Positions 53,819 through 64,000 of a stretch of DNA of 64,000 bases are shown piece after piece. Within the stretch, counting starts at the first letter, position 1. Each line of letters starts with the position of its first letter. The notes under the pieces are model-generated. The model worked only from the letters and a program-made list of their open reading frames with translations. It did no database searches and was not told the origin of the DNA. The translations under genes and the position numbers were made by a program. The stretch covers positions 19,282,001-19,346,000 of the forward strand of contig OX597832.1 of assembly GCA_951406725.2 (NCBI GenBank), written 5' to 3'. Origin of the DNA: Octopus vulgaris. Its lineage: Eukaryota.

Positions 53819-55609
53819 GGAAGATTATACAGTTTTCTAAAATGGTGTATGAAATATTTATATGTGATACAGATTTTGAGTGATGCAAGTTTTGAATTCT
53901 TATATTCATAATTAATTTACTTGTTAACTGTAATCCTTAATATGTTTTTTATATGTCCGTGAAATGGGGTATCCATATGTATGTATAACTGTTTGTATTT
54001 GTATATCATACAAATGTTTTTATATGGAAGTCATGCAACATGCAAATATTTATTTATGGTGTGTGTTTGTATACCTTATACGAACATGTCTTCTAGTATT
54101 TTCCTAATGTATGCAAAATGTGTTAGAATTTGTAGGTATAAGATTCTTATGTACGCTATTTTAATTTAATTTATTTTATTTTTCTTTATTATATATTTTC
54201 TGTGATCTGTGTTCCTGTATTGAACATGAAATACGTATATCATTTTGTATACATAAATATATATATATCTATACCTACATCTATACATCACAAAAATATA
54301 GAAATACAATTTATATTCTATCTTATATTCTATATTTTTTACAAATGCTATATAAATGTTACGTTATTCCTCAGTAAATTCTATATCTATCATATTTTGA
54401 AGAAACCACATAAGCACACACACACGTATTTACTATAAATATACCGTACACATAAAACATAATTTATTTTTACATATGTATACATGTATATAATCATACA
54501 TACACTTTAAGTTATCAAATATTGAAATATATGAATTTCCGTATTCAGTCACAAGACCTGAGAAGCTGTTAATCGATACCATGTACACCAGTACACATCT
54601 GGTAACTTAGTTCTCTCATCCGGAAATTACCTCGGTGGATATTTAAGTCGAATTTTACCAAGCCATTTGCCAGTGCATCTCTTTCACTGGTTTTCTTCAT
54701 TTCGGCACAATGCTACCAATTTAGACGAGATGAATTTAGTTAATATTATTTAACCTAGTACTTTTCTGGTTCTGCAGTTTATCGAATACGAAAAGCCGAA
54801 AGGTGAAGATATTCCTGTAGGATTTGTACCTGTTAGGCAAATTACCTAATCAATTAATGCAAATCATTTTCTAGGATGCTCTAAAAATTCTTCCACTTAT
54901 CAAATAAAATTAATATTACCATTTTATAATTTATATACATTATTCTAACCCATGCTAAGATAACAGGCGAATATTTTGTTGTATTTATCACACACATATA
55001 AATACATATGCTAGATTAATTTATTTATATAAGAAGCGTATATATAAATTATCTATTTGAGCACACGCACGGACGTGCACACAAATATATTTATTTACAT
55101 ATAGTTTTCTGGTATATATCAAATTAATAAACAACCATTATCAAAAACGAGAGAGAAATTGTCTTAATAATGGCTCGGTACAAAGCCATTATTGCTTAAT
55201 TGCCCTAGCACTACTAGTGAAGGCCCGAAGTGCACCGGACAGCTGGCAATACTAAATTGTGGCCAGCATACACGTATACTGTAATCCGTGGCTTGTGCAG
55301 ACAAGAGCTAGACTGGTACCGGGATGTTACACTTTAAAAGTCTTTGGAGGTGGGAGGTCCGATGAGGGTTAGTTATTGTAGGTGCATAATAATAAGAATC
55401 TCATTTGACTTCAGATGAGATGGAATATGTATTGTTAAAATGGCATTTCAATATTTGTGCATGTATACATAAGAACATACACACACACACACACACACAC
55501 ACATATGCATACATTGTGTCTGTGAGTATGTCTGACTGTGTCGTATGTGTTAGTATATACAAATATATTTCAAGTATTTATACATAAATATATATATCCA
55601 TATATATAT

Positions 55610-55910
55610 TATAATTATATATATCACATATTTATCCTTATATATATATATATCATATATATATATATTATAATATATATATATCACATATATATCCTTA
55701 TATATATATATATATATATATTATAAATATATATATATCACATATATATCCTTATATATATATATATATATATACCATATATATATATATCACATATATA
55801 TCCTTATATATATATATATATTATATCATATATATATATCACATATATATATATATACCATATATATATATATCCTTATGCATACATGCATACATATATA
55901 TGTATATCCT

Positions 55911-55915
<5 letters not shown>
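55610..55915 (+). repeat. TA-derived minisatellite, unit about ATCACATATATATCCTTATATATATAT
   Basis: Unit repeated about 5-6 times. A similar GATAATATATATACGTATAT x4 array lies at 40485-40640. Confidence 0.8.
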
Positions 55916-55945
<30 letters not shown>

Positions 55946-56234
55946 TTATATATATATTAAGCAACCACGTAAGCAATTAAGTACCTATAATATATATGAA
56001 ATATATACATATTTAGTATGTACACTAAATAATATAGACTAACATTGGGTGTTTGGTTACGAAATAAATTTTCATATATTATAAATAAGAATATTCAAAA
56101 TATATATATATATCCAACACCGCTTATACTGTCTATTTGATCGTCTTAAACTCTCGTCTAACCAATGCCGGCATGGAAATTAAGACAGGAAAAAAATATA
56201 TTACGCGTTTGTGCGTGTGTGTGTGTGTGCGTGT

Positions 56235-56289
<55 letters not shown>

Positions 56290-57678
56290 TTCATCTCATT
56301 CAATCTTTTCTTCTCAGAGGTATATTAATATATTTTGTACTTGCAATTGATTCGATATGTTCTATGCTTTCACTTATATATAATTGTTACATTTTAATTT
56401 TTGCGATAGTGCACTCTTTATAATTATTCTGTTATACGTGTCTTTATGTACATACACGCACAAACGTATTTACATAGATATATATATATACATATATATA
56501 TGTCTATATATATATACACACACATACATGTATGTGCATACATATATATATATATATATATATCTACACATGTATGTGCATACATATGAATATATATATA
56601 TATATATATACATGTATATGCATGTCTGTATATATAAACATACATGAATATGCATACATATAAGTATATGAAAATATATATATATATATATATATACATT
56701 AAAATGTGAGTGTGCGCGCAAATATATATACTTATATATATATATTGCATATTCGCTTACACACCATTAGTCCTCTGGCTCTATATTAGTGGATGAGAAC
56801 TGGACCTAACTGAATATAATTCGATTTATCTGAGAGTACATGACCACAACAATGGGGCCCCAAACTCAACACCAATGTAACGAAGGGTAATGCTCACTCT
56901 GCCACAGTTTACTTCTTTTCAGGTGGATGTACTGTAATAACATACAATGAATACATTTCCTCAATATTATCACAACGTGCCACTTCGTCCTACCCGTAAC
57001 CTAGCACCCTTGCACTAAACAACCTATCCACTAGAACACGCGTCTGTACTCACACTATTACGTTTCACTCAATTTTTTGGTGACCACTTTGCAATCAGTA
57101 ATTAGAATGAGAGGATCTAAAATTTCAAATTCCTCTCTTATATACACACAACTAATCTTCGTTGCTTAATTATCAATCATTAAAGCATAAATAAATATCA
57201 ATAGTATATTTTTCGCAGTTTAATTTACGAAGATATATATGTATATTTCGTCTACATTGTTTTAACGCTAAAATACAGTGAATCATTTCTAAAATGAATA
57301 TATTAAAAGTTACTATAAATATTCATTCATATATAACTTTATAAGTTCCATTGAAAACAAATATATACCGATAGTTAGTGTCTTACATTATTTTATATCT
57401 AAGTTCTAAAAAGATAGAATCAGTCTTGTATTCTCCAACGTAGTGAAGGTAATCAAAATGGATGTTAATGAGAATTACTAGTAGTTCGCGCTTTTGGATT
57501 TTGTTTTGTTTTAAGTACAGGAAACCTTGTCTGTCCTAAGTAGCAGAGCCAATATACACAACGATAAAATTGGGAGAGGAGGTAATTATTCTAGTAATTG
57601 TAGAGTACTCAACAACCCTGGGATTTTTAGTCTTATTTCCTTAACGCAGAAACATCAAAGTAAAGTAACACGGCTTTC

Positions 57679-57712
<34 letters not shown>

Positions 57713-58386
57713 TAAAGTTTTAACCATTTTGTAGTTTTTGTCTTTTACATAATTAAAATCTGTTATGTTTGAAGTGTCTATGGTGTGTATATGCGTCTTA
57801 TGATTAGTGTATGTGTATATATATACACACACACACGTGCATGATTATTATTATTCCTTGCATGGTCGTCTTAGACCGGAGTAATCTGAGAGAAGCTAAC
57901 ATCACATCTCTTTCTCATTCTTAAGATTTCACACCTGTACCAAGTGCATATGTTGTTGTTTATCTTAGAATGAAATAAGCAAACTTTCAATAACAAATTG
58001 TTTACTAACAAACAACGAAGAACAAAACACATTGAGAAAGTAAAATAAAAATCCATCAAATTTCAACTTATTTAAAACATTTACTAAAAACAGGGAAAAA
58101 AATCAATGTGAGATGTGTTACAAGGTTGGTTTTACAATTTGATATAATACAATATAAACATGAGAGAAAAAAAATAGTTTGAATAACAAATGTACGAACT
58201 CAATATCATAAACTGTGAAAATAGTTTAAATTTTTTTTATCCTTTGTTATTTTTTCTTTTGTTTTGTTTTGGCTTTTATATTACTTTTTCATTCAATCAA
58301 TATTTTTTTTAGTTTAAGGTCCAAGTTCTTTTTTTTAAAAAAAGGTGAGATAGGTAAAAATGTTGGCAGAATTATATATATATATG

Positions 58387-58442
<56 letters not shown>

Positions 58443-58473
58443 CAAACCCATCGCATCAGAGAAAGTAGCTCAC

Positions 58474-59324
58474 CTAAGTTAGTTGCTGTGGGAGAAGGAA
58501 AATATCCATAGCCGAGAGAAATAATTTTCGGTTCGGTGAAATAAAAATTTCGCGCAGATCCTTTCATATGGAGAAGTTAATGCAATGCCTTGTCGTGTTG
58601 ATGGATTTTGTTTCCGTAAATATAACTCCAAGCATATCTGAAGAACTTTGGGTCTTTTGTTGTTTTGGATTGTACTTTTTTATATTTTTATTATCATATA
58701 TATATATATATTTATATATATATATAATTTTTTTTTTTTTGAAGTCGTTGAAAAGATCTACAGGGGGAAAATAATTGATTGTTATCAATTCTGAAATAAG
58801 ATGTTTAGGAAAAATTATTAACAGAAAAATATATTTATAAATATATATATTTTCTTCTTTTTAGCGTGGATAATTCTAAGTAAATTGATGGAAAAATGAT
58901 TCATCAGAGAACAGGTTATATTATAATTTATTCTGCAAAAATTTCAAAAAAAAAAAAAAGAAAAAGAAAATTGTGTTTACAATTTAGTAAAATGCAGTCA
59001 TTGAGAAAATGTTAAACGATTTGATGTGTAAATAAGAGAAACAAATGAATGTAAATGAGAAGAATTTTGTAAAGAAATGTGGATAGGCAACATTTTGAAC
59101 AGGAAATGAAACTGTGGAAATATCAAAATTTAGTTCACAAAAAATTCTGAATGAATTTGGGTTGGCGGAAACTGGATCCAGTCCGATGGACTATACCTTT
59201 ACTTTAAACGGTCAGCCTTATCGCCTACGTTTATGAGGCTGATTTTGCATTAGAATTAGTACATTTGTCTAATTCAATGAGCAAGTAGGACAATGGTTTT
59301 CAACTGAATCATCGTCGAAACTGA
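58474..59324 (-). other. Candidate first exon of a minus-strand gene (long 5' UTR, possible CDS start at 58567)
   Basis: Two TCAGTT initiator-like motifs (59319-59324, 59302-59307), a TE-free U-rich leader, ATG at 58567 (MKGSARNFYFTEPKIISLGYGYFPSPTATNL), and donor TAG|GTGAGC at 58474/58473. Confidence 0.4.
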
Positions 59325-59908
59325 AGAAGATCCGATCCCCCCCTTTTTTTTTCTTCTGAGTATGTCTCTCAAAATAGAAAATATTAACATTATAACAACA
59401 GATTTTAAGGAAAGTGTGTTTAAATGCCTTTTAATTAATAATTAGAAATATCCACGTTAAAAAGAAAAAAAGTAACTTCTCAAGTGTAAGTTAATGATAT
59501 ACAGTCTTTATAATTTATAATGTCTGTAAGAACAACTTCATTTATTATATAAATCTTTCAGTTGATGATAGAAATAGATAGGAATTCACAATATTATGCT
59601 GTATATTATTTTATAATATTAAGAAATTTTGACAGAAATAAAACTGACTAGATTAGTTTAAAATCCCGAACTAAACTTCAAGTTATGAAAACTAAGAACT
59701 TCAGTATCAAAAATAGTCTCCTAAGATGAGAAAGTATATAATCAATTAATTAGTTCATTGATTAAAATGTAATGATAAACCTTTATTTTCTATTATATTT
59801 TATTTTAATTATCCATTTACGTATCAGTCAACTGAAATATTTATCATTGATTAAGAAGGTAAACAAACACTTAATAGCGAACATAGATCAAAGTAGTAGT
59901 AGCAATAA

Positions 59909-59949
<41 letters not shown>

Positions 59950-60142
59950 CTTAGATCGAATGCAGGATCAACTTCAGTATAAATAAAAAGGGAAAAAATA
60001 AGGAACAAGAAGATGGAAGAACAAAAAAATAAATGGAAATTTTATTTAAATGCAACCATTTCAGTGCAAGACCATTTAATTTAATTTTATTTTTTGTTAT
60101 TTATTTTTAAGTGTTATATAGATGTATATATATATCTAGATC

Positions 60143-60184
<42 letters not shown>

Positions 60185-63100
60185 CCATGCTGAAATATTT
60201 AAGACATACTTTTATTTAATTTTTATTTATTTTAGTCCTTCTACCCAGATGTGTCAGACTTACTGGAGATTATATATTTTTTATTTTTTTGTTAAGGATT
60301 AGAGACAGGTGATAAAAAAAAAAAAAACACACATTATATGAAATTTGAACTTAGACACCCGGGGAATAGAGATATAACTAATTTTTGTGTCATCACTGAC
60401 CACGTTTTTAAAAGATGCTTTACACGGTTTTTAATGCTAAATATGAAAATAGCAATTTGTGTGTACCATGGGGGAAATTTGAATTCTATTCGATACGTAC
60501 ATACTTCTACATTTTAAAGAAAGATGTACTTAGAAGTAGACGTAATTCTTTCCTCTAAATATTTTGATATTATTTCTTTAAAACGCCCATGGAAATATAT
60601 CTGTGTAGAAAGTAAGGAATATACCTTACACAAACATAAATGCGCTCAATGTATATTTTTAACGGGAATATACCAGTAAGCGGGTTAGAATTTCTTTCAC
60701 TTCGGCAAAATATCTTCTTAGAATGACACTTTACTCACTATAAATAAAGCGTAAGGGACAGAAAAAGTTGAATCCCAAATAAAGTAATTATGTACTACAA
60801 AATTTGATTTTGTTTCCCTTTCGTTCTGAGTTCAAAAATCCACCATAGCCGATATTGCCTTTCAACTTTGAGTGAAAACAGGCGTGGAGTATTAAGAGTA
60901 ACATCGTCTGTACTCCTTCTTTAAAATGTCTAGCATTGTATGTGATACCACTATTACAGAAATAGTTTATATTTTAACGCCTTCATTAAAATGATACGCA
61001 TGAACATTTAACTTCTTTTTGTCCCATCCTCCAAATACACGTTCCCCGATTATGTCAGAATAGTTAGACAGTCGACAAAGTGCCTTGCGTTATTTCTGCT
61101 GGCTCTTTACTCTCTTGGTTCAAATCCCGCCGAGATCTATTGTGTTTCTAATCCTTCAGGCGTTGATGAAAGTACGCGTGAAGTTCTCACTGGGGCCGAT
61201 GTAATCGATTAGCACTCTCCTCCAAATTTCAGACATTATGCCTTAATTAGAAATATTTTACGGAACGATTTCATGAAGAAAAATTAACCTTCTGTTTCAG
61301 AATATTTAGTTTAATGTGAATTTATAATTTTGAATTTCTATTCGCAACGAAGAAGAAATATGCCATCAACAGGCGTCATAGCCTCATTTGTCAGTGCACC
61401 ACATGGTACCCTTATTGTGCCTAATCCTCCTGTTCCTGCATTAACCACTATGCGTATTCTTACGTCTCATATACTTCGATCCTCTGGTATATTCCCCCTG
61501 CTCATATCAATCCTGTAGGTGTTGAACTGCAACAGTTTAAAGAGAACAATTACGACATCAGTCTCACCAGTGTCGAAGAGCCTGAAGAGATCACTGGCTC
61601 GCCCATTCCTTCAGTCTTAGCAACTTAAAAAAAAATCGCTCTGTTTATGTTACGATTCTTTTGAATGAACCATCTCATAACATTTGGGAAATGCTATTGG
61701 TTAGCGAATTTCCTAGTCTACAATTAGAAACAGTTGAGATCAAAGAAACCCGCTAAAACTGCTTTTTTGCTTATTCGCTGACATACAACTCATACAAATT
61801 TCTACTAAAATTCACTTACGCCAAAACCTACCAAAACATTTTTTCTCTTTTTAAAGACTAATCTGTTATCCAAAGCTTTGGCTGTTATTTGGTTAAATAA
61901 CCTTAATCTAATCAGGTAATTTCGAATGCAATGCTTAGAAGGTAACCGTTTCGTTTTCGAAGGGGAATTCTCCTAAAAAAAAAAAAAAGAAAAAAAAAAA
62001 CAGAACTCCCTTTTCTCCAGGGAAAAACCTACTTGATTTTATTTTACAAACCATTACCAATATTTCAGATTACTTATTTTCTTAGAATAATTCTCTGCTA
62101 GGATTTACTTCGATGTTTATTTTATGCAAGAAATTCTTCAGATAAAAGCGAATATAATTTTCTTTAGTACACTAATTTCCCCAACTTATGCGATATTGAT
62201 GAATAATGTTAATTACTTCTTGGTTGAATCTAGAAAATTATGTTGAAAATAATTACTAAGACCGGACTTATTTGAATATGATAAATGTCATAACATCTTA
62301 ACTAAGGCATAATAGAATGATCAACATTATTACGTTGTTAAAGCGATAAAATTAATTAATTCTAACGAAGGCACAAGACCAGAATTTTAAGAGAATTATA
62401 TAACCGACAATATTAAACTAAGTACGTAACTGGCACATTATTTTATCGACTCCAGGATGATTAAAAGCTAAGATAGACCTCGGTGGGATTTGAAATTACG
62501 ATGCAAAGAACCTAAACATGTACCGCAAATAATGTCCCAACCTAAATGAAAAATATAGTTTTGAGTCAGTATAAAAGGTAGCATGCCATATATTATATAT
62601 ATGCATGTAAAAAATAAATGATGTTAACAATTATGTATTACCATATGGGATATATGGTGAATTATGCATTATCACATGAGATATTCGATCGAAATGCAGT
62701 GGATTCAAACATAGACAGGGTTTACGGATTTGGTGAACCGGAAGTTAAAGTCTTTATGAAGTCTGTGCACGCTGCTACACTAATATAAATTATTTATATT
62801 GTTTAGCATATATTTTACATAATAACAATGCTGGGTTTTTTTAATTGACGCAATCCTACATAGGTATTTAAAGAGGAAGTGAATTGATGTATGGATCAAA
62901 CTGTACCAAATTTTATCGAACTGGAAAGGAGTAATTTCAAGGAAGCCCTTAACTAAATTCAAGCAAATAATATTAAGAGGATGAGATATTAATACCACCT
63001 TTCTGGATATCAATATTAAAAAATTTATTTCACCTAGGCTTATAACTGACATAAATATAGATAAACTCGTATTATAGCAGAAACCTATTTTTAATCAAAT

Positions 63101-64000
63101 CGTTAGATATATATTAAAAAATTGTTGAACCTAAGAAATTTTCAGCTGAAAGATTGAAGCTCCGAATATCAAAACATCTCATTTATTGGTTTATTGAAAG
63201 AGATAAGTCTCAATTCAAAGGATGCGGGCCCCCATGAAAGCATGAAACCTTTAACCTAAATTCTGTTGAAGGTTTTACAAATTTAAAAGTTCTCAAATCT
63301 GGAGAACTATAATTTTTTTTCACCACTCTGCTTCCCATATATATTTTATATATATATATATATATATACTGTGAGGAGTGAGTGATTAAATTAAAGCTTA
63401 TTGCTTTTCTTAGAGCAGAGTGCACACATAAAACTTGAACTTACAATTCACCAATCTATGATTGTAAAATGGTCCCAAAACAGCTGCATTACACAGTCAT
63501 TAAACATGTTAGAAACTGCAGCCAAGTGATCTCTTGACCACATAAAACGAAGAGCGGGATTCGATAACGTGGTTCTAGATTGTCATCTTGGAGCGCTCTT
63601 CATCAAAAGTTCTCTCAAACAGATGAACACACTGAAAAGGATTAAACATGAGTGTGTTAGTATAGTAGTATTAAGTCGTATACACTTGTAATTTCCTAAT
63701 CTCAGGATAATTTTTTTTCTTGGAATCCCCGGGTGTTAAAATGAAAAGTAATCGTATTGAGATGGGGTTCAATCTCTCCAACACAACACACTGAAGATGT
63801 TAATGAAAATCGCCAAGTCAACTGCGCCTATTTAATTCTGCATGGTCATTTTTACAGATGAACACTAAACAATCATTATTTTTAAAAGAGGGTGAGATAA
63901 AAAGACTTTAATGTTCATGCTTTCATTCAAGGAAGTTGAATTTTAAAAAAATAAAGGAGAAAAGAAATTGTTCCAACGGGAGAGCGAAACCGGATTGCAG

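Noticed and set aside
62700-63260. Possible decayed hAT transposase C-terminus (TVP...ERS...DINI)
   Set aside because: Similarity is too weak and interrupted to support without a profile search.

Overview
AT-rich, microsatellite-saturated eukaryotic DNA that is almost entirely non-coding. The SINE families and simple-repeat landscape look like an Octopus genome (recognition from memory, not a database hit). No intact protein-coding gene is recognisable, and nearly all ORFs in the track are translations of (TA)n/(CA)n/(TACA)n/(TAA)n repeats or SINEs. Supported content: many copies of several tRNA-derived SINE families, decayed RTE-type LINE pieces, a DD37D-type Tc1/mariner remnant, a mariner MITE, a GG-ended MITE with a 9-bp TSD, a complete non-autonomous Helitron, several local duplications and palindromes, candidate regulatory islands, and candidate minus-strand exons. 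The most striking signal is a 76-bp-arm palindrome at 26401-26558 in which each arm carries a minimal type I hammerhead-ribozyme motif. Together with other short microsatellite-embedded elements carrying decayed CUGANGA/GAAAC motifs, it points to Penelope-like or retrozyme-like elements that target simple repeats.
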